Positions 28,796 to 37,118 of a stretch of DNA of 64,000 nt are shown piece by piece. The notes beneath the pieces are model-generated. The model ran no database searches. It was not told the origin of the DNA and saw nothing but the letters and a program-made list of their open reading frames with translations. The stretch's first letter is position 1; each line of letters opens with the position of its first letter. Both the position numbers and the translations under genes were made by a program. Where the stretch lies: the NCBI GenBank assembly GCA_035286595.1, contig DATEDA010000118.1, forward strand, positions 1,279 through 65,278, in the 5' to 3' direction. The stretch is from Burkholderiales bacterium. Its GTDB lineage: Bacteria; Pseudomonadota; Gammaproteobacteria; Burkholderiales; SG8-39.

Positions 28796-29059
28796 ATGAG
28801 AGGAGCCATCGTTGCCTTGATCGGGTTTGCGATGATCGCCGGCCCGCTGTGGGCGAAGCTGCCGGCGCCGCCGCCGATGGACGACGCGCAGAAGGCTGCC
28901 GCCGCGGCCAAGGCGGCCGCGAAGGCGGAGGCGGCGAAGAAGGAGTCCGCGCTGCTCAGCAAGTCCATGGACATGACGGCCGAGAAGTACAAGAAGAGTC
29001 TGGCCGCGAAGACCAAGGGCGCGCCGGCGATGGCGACGCCGGCGGCGGCCAAGAAGTAG
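28796..29059 (+). CDS. Small exported Ala/Lys-rich protein (87 aa)
   Basis: RBS AGGAGGGG. Signal peptide MRGAIVALIGFAMIAGPLWA. Low-complexity AAAAKAAAKAEAAKK. Last ORF before the terminator. Confidence 0.5.
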   Translation: MRGAIVALIGFAMIAGPLWAKLPAPPPMDDAQKAAAAAKAAAKAEAAKKESALLSKSMDMTAEKYKKSLAAKTKGAPAMATPAAAKK

Positions 29060-29078
29060 CGGCTCGGGATACGGCAGG

Positions 29079-29109
29079 ATACGGCGCCCTTCGGGCGCCG
29101 TATTTTTTT
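29079..29109 (+). terminator. Rho-independent terminator of the FDH operon
   Basis: ATACGGCGCCC-TTCG-GGGCGCCGTAT hairpin followed by TTTTTTT. Confidence 0.65.
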
Positions 29110-29119
29110 GGAGGGCGCG

Positions 29120-29410
29120 CTAGGCCACGCCCTCGACGACGACCATGTTGAAGTCGGCGGCGCCGAGGCGCTTTTGCCGCGCGGCCTGGTACTCGATCGA
29201 GCGGTGGAAGGCTTGCGCCTGCGCGAGGCTCGCGAACTCGACGATGACCGTGCGGGCGTGCGGCCAGGCCCCCTCGAGGATCTCCAGCTTTCCGCCGCGC
29301 GCGAGGTACCGGCCGCCGTGCTGCTCGATGGCCGCGGGGGCGAGCTTGGCGTATTCCGCGTACGCCTCGGGGTTGGTCACACTGACTGCAGCGATGAGGT
29401 AGGCGGGCAT
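29120..29410 (-). CDS. DUF1330 domain protein
   Basis: MPAYLIAAVSVTNPEAYAEYAKLAP...GGRYLARGG...LEGAW...VIVEFASLAQAQAFHRSIEYQ. RBS AGGAGGA. 96 aa. Confidence 0.75.
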   Translation of the reverse strand: MPAYLIAAVSVTNPEAYAEYAKLAPAAIEQHGGRYLARGGKLEILEGAWPHARTVIVEFASLAQAQAFHRSIEYQAARQKRLGAADFNMVVVEGVA

Positions 29411-29486
29411 CGATCCTCCTGGGGTCCGCAGCGGCGCGAGCCGCCAATGTGAAGTGAAGGCCCGCGCCGAAGCAACGGGCCCGATG

Positions 29487-30677
29487 CTACAGCCGCACCC
29501 AGCCGCGACGCAGTGCGACGTGCACGGCGAAGCCGAACACGAAAGCGGCACCGACGTGCCACACGGCGAACGCCGCCGTCGTCAGGGCGACGAACCGCTC
29601 GGCCTTGTCGTTCCCGAGCGCGCAGAAGCCGAGCGCGAGCTGCGCCCCGGCGAGGAACAGGATGACGCCGAGCACGGGCAGCGGGAAGGCCTTGAAGAAG
29701 ACCGACACCGAGTCGGCGAACAGCACGCCGCCCGCGAGGAGCAGGATCCCGATCAGGATCGGCGCCGCGCCGGTCCGCGCGCCGAACTGCACGTGACCGG
29801 CCATGCCGCCGGCGCCGTGGCACATCGGGACGCCGCCGATCAGCCCCGACCCGAGATTCATGAGCCCGGTCGAGAAGGCGACCCGCCGTTCGGTGACGGG
29901 GCGGTCGGGGAAGAGCCGGTTCGCCTGCTCGACGGTCGCGATCAGCGCGTTGCCGAGCGTGAGCGGCACCTGGGGCAGGGCGAGCAGCACGGCGCCGACC
30001 CAGAGCTCGTTCCAGCCGATGCCGCCGAGGTCGATGGTCGGGAGCCGCGGGTTCGCCTCCACCGCCGCTAGCCGGCCGAGCAATCCGGGATCGCTCCAGA
30101 CCGCAACGCACCCGCCGACGACGAGAACGAGGAACATCGCCGGAAACCGTCGGCGCTCGATCAGCAGCAGGGTCCCCGCGAGCAGCCCCGCTGCGAGCAC
30201 CCAGCCGTCGGCCATCATGCGGATGCCGTCGAGCATCAGGCTCAGGCCCAGGCCGAGCACGATGCCCAGCGTGAGGCTGCGAGGCATCCAGTCCGCGAGA
30301 CGCTTCGCGAGCCCGGTCGCCGCAAGCACCATCCAGACGACGGCGGTGACCAGGCCGGCGGCCTGGATGGCCGCCGGCGTGAGCACCGCCGCATGCACCG
30401 ACTGCGTCGTCGCGACCGCGCCGATCGCCTTCATCGGCTGCACGGGGAAGGGCGTGCGATAGATCGCGCCGACCGCGATGTAGGCGACGCCGAACGCGAG
30501 CAGGACCGCGCCCGGGTCGAGCTTCACGACCGCCAGATAGGCGACGAGGAACGGGATCAGCGTCCCGAGGTCGCCGAAGGCGCCCGCGATCTCGCCGCGA
30601 TCGATGCGGAAGCCACCCCGCGCCGGAAGCGCGGTCGCGCTCACCGGGGCGGAGGTCTCGTGACGGGTCCCCTCCAT
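29487..30677 (-). CDS. MOT1-like putative molybdate/sulfate transporter
   Basis: EIAGAFGDLGTLIPFLVAY N-terminal signature and roughly 10-12 TM helices. Family call from memory (MFS_MOT1). Start taken at MEGTRHET. Confidence 0.6.
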   Translation of the reverse strand: MEGTRHETSAPVSATALPARGGFRIDRGEIAGAFGDLGTLIPFLVAYLAVVKLDPGAVLLAFGVAYIAVGAIYRTPFPVQPMKAIGAVATTQSVHAAVLTPAAIQAAGLVTAVVWMVLAATGLAKRLADWMPRSLTLGIVLGLGLSLMLDGIRMMADGWVLAAGLLAGTLLLIERRRFPAMFLVLVVGGCVAVWSDPGLLGRLAAVEANPRLPTIDLGGIGWNELWVGAVLLALPQVPLTLGNALIATVEQANRLFPDRPVTERRVAFSTGLMNLGSGLIGGVPMCHGAGGMAGHVQFGARTGAAPILIGILLLAGGVLFADSVSVFFKAFPLPVLGVILFLAGAQLALGFCALGNDKAERFVALTTAAFAVWHVGAAFVFGFAVHVALRRGWVRL

Positions 30678-30687
30678 CGACGCTCCT

Positions 30688-31728
30688 TCAGGCAAACGCC
30701 GCCGCAACCGGGGCGACCGTGCCGGCGTCGCCGATCGCGTAGCCCGGCAATCCCCGGGCCGCTCGGCGCAGCGGCTCGCCGGCTAGGCCCTCGCGCAGCC
30801 GACGGCCCCATTCGGTGTCCAGCCGGCTCGACCGCGACGCGAGCCAGTAGGTCTCCCGCCGCAGCGGCACGAAGCCCAGCTTAAATCGCCAGGCGGCAGC
30901 CCGCAACCCGAACGCGGAATCGGCGCGACCCGCAGCCACCGTCGCCGCGACGGCGAGGTGCGTGAATTCCTCGGTGCCGTAACCGCGGATTGCCGACGGA
31001 TCGACACCGGCCTGCTGGAGCAGTTGATCGATGAGGAGGCGCGTGCCCGACCCCCGTTGCCGGTTGACGAAGCGGGCGTGCCTCGCAGCGATGTCGGCGA
31101 GCGAGCGCAGGCGCTTGGGGTTGCCCCTCGGCACGATCAGCCCCTGCTCCCGCTCGGCGAAGCGGAGGAGGGCGTCGCGGCGGGGGTCGAGCAGTCTGCG
31201 CAGAGCGCCCGTTGCCGCCTCCTCCATGCGCGTCGCGACGTGGAAGCCGGCGACCTGTACCTCGCCGCGCGCAAGCGCGCCGAGCGACTCGAGGCTGCCC
31301 TTGAACGCGAGCTCGCCAACGAGGCCCTGAGGCCTCGCCCAGCCGTCGCAGAACGCGGCCAGCAGCAGATCATGGCTCGCGGCCACCGCCGGCCGCGCTT
31401 GCCCGCTCGCGCGCGGTCCGAGGTCCACCTCGAACCCGGCCTCGTGCAGCCGTTGAGTGGCCCGGGCGTCAGCGGCGACCAGCTGCTCACCGACTGGCGT
31501 GAGCCGCGTCCCGCGTCCGCGCTGCAGCTCCGCGACGGGTACACCGAGCAGGCGACCGGTCTCGCCGATCAGGCTCCAGGCGGTGCGATAGGACAGTCCG
31601 ATCTCGGCTGCGGCGGCGCGGAGCGTGGCATGGGTCCGGATCGCCCCGAGCAGCCGCGGCAGCCGGGGGTCGAGCGGTGCGTGGTGTCGCGACGCCACCC
31701 GCCAACCAATCTCCGGCACGAGTCGCAT
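30688..31728 (-). CDS. ModE-type HTH regulator fused to a periplasmic-binding-protein-like domain
   Basis: N-terminal LLGAIRTHATLRAAAAEIGLSYRTAWSLIGE (ModE N-terminal-like HTH) plus a roughly 230-aa PBP-like C-terminus. Divergent from the tup genes. Confidence 0.7.
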   Translation of the reverse strand: MRLVPEIGWRVASRHHAPLDPRLPRLLGAIRTHATLRAAAAEIGLSYRTAWSLIGETGRLLGVPVAELQRGRGTRLTPVGEQLVAADARATQRLHEAGFEVDLGPRASGQARPAVAASHDLLLAAFCDGWARPQGLVGELAFKGSLESLGALARGEVQVAGFHVATRMEEAATGALRRLLDPRRDALLRFAEREQGLIVPRGNPKRLRSLADIAARHARFVNRQRGSGTRLLIDQLLQQAGVDPSAIRGYGTEEFTHLAVAATVAAGRADSAFGLRAAAWRFKLGFVPLRRETYWLASRSSRLDTEWGRRLREGLAGEPLRRAARGLPGYAIGDAGTVAPVAAAFA

Positions 31729-31734
31729 ATATGC
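31725..31734. promoter_or_regulatory. 10-bp palindrome GCATATATGC overlapping the regulator start codon
   Basis: Perfect palindrome seen directly in the sequence. It shares the ATATGC core with the repeat at 31797-31818. Confidence 0.3.
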
Positions 31735-31796
31735 AAGTCCTGGAATATTTGCCTTGCGTCCACGAGCGGCTAACATCCACCGCATGCCAACGACAG

Positions 31797-31818
31797 AATA
31801 TGCAATACAAAGCATATT
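31797..31818. promoter_or_regulatory. Candidate operator: inverted repeat AATATGC-N8-GCATATT upstream of tupB
   Basis: Perfect 7-bp arms about 40 nt upstream of the tupB GTG. AT-rich TATAT-type half-sites are reminiscent of ModE operators. Confidence 0.35.
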
Positions 31819-31857
31819 AGCCTGGACCGGCGCTGACCGCCAGCCCGGGCTCTCCTC

Positions 31858-32562
31858 GTGGACGTGATCCTCGGCGCGATCCGCGGCGCGTTCGGGCTGA
31901 TGATCGGGCTCGACGCGACGCTGCTCGAGATTGTCGCCTTGAGTCTGCAGGTGAGCCTCAGCGCGGTAGCGATCGCGACCGCGCTCGCGCTGCCGCTCGG
32001 CGCCGCGATCGCGGTGTCGAAGTTCCGCGGCCGCCAGACGGTCATCGTGATCCTGAACGCCCTGATGGGCCTGCCGCCGGTCGTCGTCGGACTGGTCGTC
32101 TACCTCATGCTGTCGCGCGCGGGTCCGCTGGGGGAGCTGGGACTCCTGTTCACGCCGACCGCGATGGTGGTCGCGCAGGCGATCCTCATCCTGCCGATCA
32201 TCGCCGCGCTCGCCCGGCAGGCCGTGGAGGACGCCTGGCGCGAGTACCAGGATCAGCTCCGCTCGCTCGGCGCGGGGGGGTGGAGCGCCGCGCTCACGCT
32301 CGTCTGGGACATCCGGTTCTCGCTGCTGACGGCGGTGCTCGCGGGCCTGGGGCGTGCCGCGGCCGAGGTCGGGGCGGTGATGATCGTCGGCGGCAACATC
32401 GACGGGGTCACACGCGTCATGACCACGGCGATCGCGCTCGAGACGAGCAAGGGCGATCTGCCTTTGGCCCTCGGCCTCGGCGTGATCCTGGTCACGCTGG
32501 TGCTCCTGCTCAACGCGGGTGCCTACACCCTCAAAGAAGCGGCGCAGCGGCGCTATGGGTGA
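31858..32562 (+). CDS. tupB: Tungstate ABC transporter permease (TupB-like)
   Basis: 234 aa, roughly 5-6 TM helices, ABC permease EAA-like region (ALARQAVEDAWREYQDQLRSLGA). GTG start. Same operon as a TupA-like binding protein. Confidence 0.75.
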   Translation: MDVILGAIRGAFGLMIGLDATLLEIVALSLQVSLSAVAIATALALPLGAAIAVSKFRGRQTVIVILNALMGLPPVVVGLVVYLMLSRAGPLGELGLLFTPTAMVVAQAILILPIIAALARQAVEDAWREYQDQLRSLGAGGWSAALTLVWDIRFSLLTAVLAGLGRAAAEVGAVMIVGGNIDGVTRVMTTAIALETSKGDLPLALGLGVILVTLVLLLNAGAYTLKEAAQRRYG

Positions 32563-33298
32563 AGAGCCGATGCGTGCGCCGACGTCGCTCCTGCCGCTGC
32601 GCCTCGAGGAGGTCTCGTTCGTTGCGGCCGGCAAGACGATCATCGACCGGGTGTCGCTCGCGTTTGAGGCGGGGCCGCGCACGATCATTCTCGGGCCCAA
32701 CGGCGCGGGGAAGAGCGTGCTCATGCGCCTCTGTCACGGGTTGCTCGCGCCCACGTCGGGCCGCATCGCATGGGCCGTGCCCGAGCGTCCCGGCGACCGG
32801 CGCCGACAGGCCATGGTGTTCCAGCGGCCGGTGATGCTGCGGCGCTCGGCGCTCGCAAACGTCGAGTACGGGCTCAAGCTCGCCGGGGTTGCGCGTGCGG
32901 AGCGCGGCGCACAGGCGCGTGCCGCCCTCCAAAGTGTCGGGCTCGCCGAGCTCGGCGACCGGGCCGCGCGAGTGCTCTCGGGCGGGGAGCAGCAGCGCCT
33001 CGCGCTCGCGCGCGCCTGGGCGCTCCGGCCCGAGGTGCTGTTTCTCGACGAGCCGACCGCGAACCTCGACCCGGGTGCGAGCGCCGAGGTCGAGCGGATC
33101 ATCCAGGCAATCCATGCCGCCGGCACGAAGATCGTGATGAGCACGCACAACCTCGGCCAGGCGCGCCGCCTCGGCGACGAGATCCTGTTCCTCCACCAGG
33201 GGCGGCTCGTCGAGCACGCGCCGGTCGACCGCTTCTTCAACCGACCCGCCTCCGCTGAAGCCGGGGCGTTCATCAAAGGAGAACTGCCATGGACCTGA
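32555..33298 (+). CDS. tupC: Tungstate ABC transporter ATP-binding protein (TupC-like)
   Basis: GPNGAGKS, LSGGEQQRLALARA, LFLDEPTANLD. The ATG overlaps the tupB stop (ATGGGTGA). Confidence 0.8.
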   Translation: MGEEPMRAPTSLLPLRLEEVSFVAAGKTIIDRVSLAFEAGPRTIILGPNGAGKSVLMRLCHGLLAPTSGRIAWAVPERPGDRRRQAMVFQRPVMLRRSALANVEYGLKLAGVARAERGAQARAALQSVGLAELGDRAARVLSGGEQQRLALARAWALRPEVLFLDEPTANLDPGASAEVERIIQAIHAAGTKIVMSTHNLGQARRLGDEILFLHQGRLVEHAPVDRFFNRPASAEAGAFIKGELPWT

Positions 33299-34110
33299 AA
33301 CGACGGCTCTTCCTTGGGGCGGCGGCGCTCGCCGTGGCGCTGCCGCTTGCCGCGCAGGAGAAGTTCATCACCGTCGCCTCGACGACCTCGACCGAGCAGT
33401 CGGGGCTCTTCAAGCACATGCTGCCGATCTTCGAGCAGAAGACCGGCACCAAGGTCCGCGTGGTCGCACAAGGCACCGGGCAGGCGCTCGACATGGGCCG
33501 CAGGGGCGACGCCGACGTCGTCTTCGTCCACGACCCCGCGGCGGAGAAGAAGTTCGTCGACGACGGCTTCGGCGTGAACTACAAGCAGGTGATGTACAAC
33601 GACTTCGTGCTGATCGGGCCGAAGTCCGATCCGGCGAAGATCGTCGGCGGGAAGGACATCCTCGCCGCCTTGAAGAGGGTCGAAGGCGCCAAGGCGCCGT
33701 TCGTGTCGCGCGCCGACAAGAGCGGCACGCACGCCGCCGAGCTTCGCTACTGGAAGTCGGCCGGCATCGACATCGCGACGCAGAAGGGTCCCTGGTACAA
33801 GGAGACCGGGTCCGGGATGGGGCCGGCGCTGAACACCGCGTCGTCGATGGGCGGCTACATCCTCGCCGACCGCGGCACCTGGCTCTCGTTCAAGAATCGC
33901 GGCGACCTCGCGGTCCTCGTCGAGGGCGACCAGAAGCTCTTCAACCAGTACGGGATCATGCTGGTCAACCCGGCGAAGCACGCGCACGTCAAGCAGGACC
34001 TCGGCAACGCGTTCATCAGTTGGGTCGTCTCGCCCGCGGGGCAAAAGGCGATCGCGGAGTACAAGGTCGGCGGCGAGCAGCTCTTCTTCCCGAACTACAA
34101 GGGCCGCTGA
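33289..34110 (+). CDS. tupA: Tungstate-binding protein (TupA-like)
   Basis: Signal peptide with RRLFLG, then ITVASTTSTEQSGL (the TTTS-type TupA motif) and GTGQALDMGRRGDADVVFVH. Confidence 0.78.
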   Translation: MDLKRRLFLGAAALAVALPLAAQEKFITVASTTSTEQSGLFKHMLPIFEQKTGTKVRVVAQGTGQALDMGRRGDADVVFVHDPAAEKKFVDDGFGVNYKQVMYNDFVLIGPKSDPAKIVGGKDILAALKRVEGAKAPFVSRADKSGTHAAELRYWKSAGIDIATQKGPWYKETGSGMGPALNTASSMGGYILADRGTWLSFKNRGDLAVLVEGDQKLFNQYGIMLVNPAKHAHVKQDLGNAFISWVVSPAGQKAIAEYKVGGEQLFFPNYKGR

Positions 34111-34211
34111 TGCGGCCGCCTCGGCGTTCGTGCTTTCGCGGCTCGCCCTGAGCGTTGCGGCCTCGCGTGCCGCTGGCTTACACTGCTCAAGCATCTCCCG
34201 GAGCCCCAGCC

Positions 34212-35729
34212 ATGCCCGCCGTGATCAAGAAGGCCGACTTCATCCAGTCGATCGCCGACGCGTTCCAGTTCATCTCGTACTACCACCCGGCCGACTATCT
34301 CCGGAACCTCCATGCCGCCTACGAGCGCGAGCAATCGCCCGCGGCGAAAGACGCGATGGCGCAGCTCCTGATCAACTCGCGCATGAGCGCCGAGGGGCAT
34401 CGTCCGATCTGCCAGGACACCGGCATCTGCATCGCCTTTCTCAAGGTCGGGATGGACGTGCGCTGGGACACGGACCTGACGGTCGAGGAGATGGTCGACG
34501 AGGGCGTGCGTCGCGCCTACACCGACAAGACGAACCCGCTGCGCGGGTCGATCCTCGCCGACCCGGACGGGAAGCGCGTCAACACCAAGGACAACACCCC
34601 GGCGGTCACGCACGTTCAGCTCGTGCCGGGCGACAAGGTCGAGGTCGTCGTCGCGGCGAAGGGCGGCGGCTCGGAGAACAAGTCGCGGTTCGCGATGCTG
34701 CTGCCGAACGACAGCGTCGTCGACTGGGTCCTCGCGCAGGTTCCGACGATGGGCGCGGACTGGTGTCCCCCGGGGATCCTCTCGGTGGGGATCGGCGGCT
34801 CGCCGGAGAAGGCGATGCTGATGGCGAAGTGGGCGATGATGGAGCCGATCGACCTGCACGAGCTGCGCGAGCGCGGCCCGAAGGACCGCTACGAGGAGCT
34901 GCGGCTCGAGCTCCACGAGAAGGTGAACGCGCTCGGCATCGGCGCGCAGGGCCTGGGTGGCCTGACCACCGTTCTCGACGTGAAGGTCACGGCGTACCCG
35001 ACGCACGCCGCATCGAAGCCGGTAGCGCTGCTCCCCAACTGCGCGGCGACGCGGCACATCCACTTCGAGCTCGACGGCAGCGGGGCGGCGCGGTTCGAGC
35101 CGCCGAGCCTCGACGACTGGCCGAAGCTCACGCTCGATCTCTCGACCAGCAAGCGCGTCAACCTCGACACGATCACGCGCGACGAGGCGGCGACCTGGAA
35201 GGCGGGCGATCGGCTGCTGCTCTCCGGAAAGATGCTCACCGGCCGCGACGCCGCGCACAAGCGCCTCGCCGACCTGCTGGCGAAGGGTGAGCGACTGCCG
35301 GTGGACTTCAGGAACCGGTTCATCTACTACGTCGGCCCCGTCGACGCGGTCCGCGACGAGGCGGTCGGTCCGGCAGGCCCCACCACCTCCTCCCGGATGG
35401 ACAGGTTCGTCGAGCCGATGCTCGCGCAGAGCGGGTTGCTCGGGATGATCGGGAAATCCGAACGCGGGGCGGCGGCGACCGAGTCCATCAAGAAGCACAA
35501 GGCGGTCTACTGCATCGCGGTCGGCGGCGCGGCCTATCTCATCTCCAAGGCGATCCGGTCGTCCAAGGTGGTCGCGTTTCCCGACCTCGGCATGGAGGCG
35601 ATCTACGAGTTCGAAGTGAAGGACATGCCGGTGACGGTGGCGGTGGACAGCGCCGGGAGCGCCGTGCACAAGTCCGGCCCGGCGGAGTGGCGAGGGAAGA
35701 TCGGGAAGATCCCGGTGGTGACCGCCTGA
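34212..35729 (+). CDS. fumA: Class I (Fe-S) fumarate hydratase
   Basis: 505 aa. PICQDTGI, AAKGGGSENKS, CPPGILSVGIGG, and the C-terminal beta-domain GPTTSSRMD. Confidence 0.9.
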   Translation: MPAVIKKADFIQSIADAFQFISYYHPADYLRNLHAAYEREQSPAAKDAMAQLLINSRMSAEGHRPICQDTGICIAFLKVGMDVRWDTDLTVEEMVDEGVRRAYTDKTNPLRGSILADPDGKRVNTKDNTPAVTHVQLVPGDKVEVVVAAKGGGSENKSRFAMLLPNDSVVDWVLAQVPTMGADWCPPGILSVGIGGSPEKAMLMAKWAMMEPIDLHELRERGPKDRYEELRLELHEKVNALGIGAQGLGGLTTVLDVKVTAYPTHAASKPVALLPNCAATRHIHFELDGSGAARFEPPSLDDWPKLTLDLSTSKRVNLDTITRDEAATWKAGDRLLLSGKMLTGRDAAHKRLADLLAKGERLPVDFRNRFIYYVGPVDAVRDEAVGPAGPTTSSRMDRFVEPMLAQSGLLGMIGKSERGAAATESIKKHKAVYCIAVGGAAYLISKAIRSSKVVAFPDLGMEAIYEFEVKDMPVTVAVDSAGSAVHKSGPAEWRGKIGKIPVVTA

Positions 35730-35748
35730 GGCGGCCGCGAGGAGGGGG

Positions 35749-35792
35749 TTGACAACGCAGCCTATATTTCCATATTATTGCAAATATGGAAA
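35749..35792 (+). promoter_or_regulatory. arsR promoter with an overlapping palindromic operator
   Basis: TTGACA (35749-35754), 18 nt, then TATTAT (35773-35778). Perfect 9-bp inverted repeat TTTCCATAT (35767-35775) / ATATGGAAA (35784-35792) covers the -10 box and the arsR ATG. Confidence 0.5.
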
Positions 35793-36124
35793 CGACGCAG
35801 GCCGTCCAAGCGCTTGGGGCGCTGGCCCAGGAGACGCGGCTCGCGGTCTTCCGGCTGCTCGTCGAGGCAGGTCCGGAAGGCATGGCGGCGGGGGAGATCG
35901 CGACAGAGCTGAGCGTCCCGCCGGCCACGCTCTCGTTCCACCTCGCGCAGCTCGCGAGTTCGGGACTGGTCCGCGGGCGGCAGGAGGGGCGGTTCATCTA
36001 CTACGCCCCGGACTTCGACGCCATGAACGGACTCGTCGGCTTCCTGACCGAGAACTGCTGCGCGCGCGGCCGCTGCGCGCCTGTCGCCACGATTCAGATC
36101 CACCGGAAAGGAGTTAGGAAATGA
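35786..36124 (+). CDS. arsR: ArsR/SmtB-family metalloregulator
   Basis: ETRLAVFRLL...ELSVPPATLSFHLAQLASSGLV winged HTH. C-terminal Cys cluster ENCCARGRC. Confidence 0.85.
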   Translation: METTQAVQALGALAQETRLAVFRLLVEAGPEGMAAGEIATELSVPPATLSFHLAQLASSGLVRGRQEGRFIYYAPDFDAMNGLVGFLTENCCARGRCAPVATIQIHRKGVRK

Positions 36125-36549
36125 AGCGCTTTCACATGCACGTCGCCGTCAAGGACCTCGACCAGAGCGTCCGGTTCTACTCGATGCTCTTCGGCACCGA
36201 TCCCACGATCCGCAAGCCGGACTACGCGAAGTGGATGCTGGAGGACCCGCGCGTGAACTTCGCGATCTCCACGCGCGCGGACCAGGTCGGAATCGACCAC
36301 GTCGGCATCCAGGCCGAGAACGAGGCGGAGCTCGAGGACGTCCGCGCGCGTCTCGCCCGCGCGGACCAGGCGTACGTGGCCCAGAAAGACGCCGCGTGCT
36401 GCTACGCACGGTCGAACAAGTACTGGGTCGAGGATCCCCAGGGCATCGCCTGGGAGGCCTGGCACACGCTCGAGTCGATCCCGGTCTACGGGACCGGCAC
36501 CCGTCCGGCCGGGGACGGCAAGCAAGTCGCCTGCTGCGCGCCTGCCTAA
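36121..36549 (+). CDS. arsI: ArsI/CadI-family VOC metalloenzyme (possible C-As lyase)
   Basis: Glyoxalase/VOC fold (HMHVAV..., DHVGIQ), vicinal cysteines AACCYA and a C-terminal CC. ATGA overlap with arsR. Confidence 0.7.
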   Translation: MKRFHMHVAVKDLDQSVRFYSMLFGTDPTIRKPDYAKWMLEDPRVNFAISTRADQVGIDHVGIQAENEAELEDVRARLARADQAYVAQKDAACCYARSNKYWVEDPQGIAWEAWHTLESIPVYGTGTRPAGDGKQVACCAPA

Positions 36550-37118
36550 TCCGCGTTCGGCGCGAAGAGCCAGCGGACCACGCCTCGCGCTGCCTGGTCG
36601 GTCGAGTCGTCGCCGGAGACGTTCCCGATCTCGTCGAGGCGCTTCTGCAGCGCCAGCCGCTCGAGATTCTCGAGCCGCAGCACGGTGAACAGGCCGATGC
36701 GCCGGAACAGCACGTCGTAGGCGACGAAGAACGCCCGGCGGATCGCCTCGGGATTGCTCTGGACTGCTGCCGGATCGGGCACGCCCCAGTGGGCGGTCAT
36801 CGGCTGGCCAGGCCAGACGGGGCAGACCTCGCCGGCGGCCTGATCGCAAACCGTGAACACGAAGTCGAGGCGAGGCGCGGCAGCTTTCGCGAATTCATCC
36901 CAACTCTTGCTGGACAGCCCGTCGGTCGGCAGGCGCGCGCGGCGCAGCTGCTCCAGGGCGTGCGGGCTCACCTCGCCCTTCGGATGGCTACCGGCGCTGA
37001 ACGCCTTGAAGCGGCCCTTGCCGACCTCGTTCAGGATCGCCTCGGCCATGATCGACCGCGCGGAGTTTCCGGTGCAGAGGAAGAGCACGTTGTAGACACG
37101 TCCGGTGGGGTCGCTCAT
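36546..37118 (-). CDS. arsC: Arsenate reductase, LMW-PTP/thioredoxin-coupled type
   Basis: LFLCTGNSARS P-loop and a second Cys pair CDQAAGEVC. Start taken at MSDPTGRVYNV. The 3' end overlaps the arsI stop by 4 nt. Confidence 0.85.
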   Translation of the reverse strand: MSDPTGRVYNVLFLCTGNSARSIMAEAILNEVGKGRFKAFSAGSHPKGEVSPHALEQLRRARLPTDGLSSKSWDEFAKAAAPRLDFVFTVCDQAAGEVCPVWPGQPMTAHWGVPDPAAVQSNPEAIRRAFFVAYDVLFRRIGLFTVLRLENLERLALQKRLDEIGNVSGDDSTDQAARGVVRWLFAPNAD

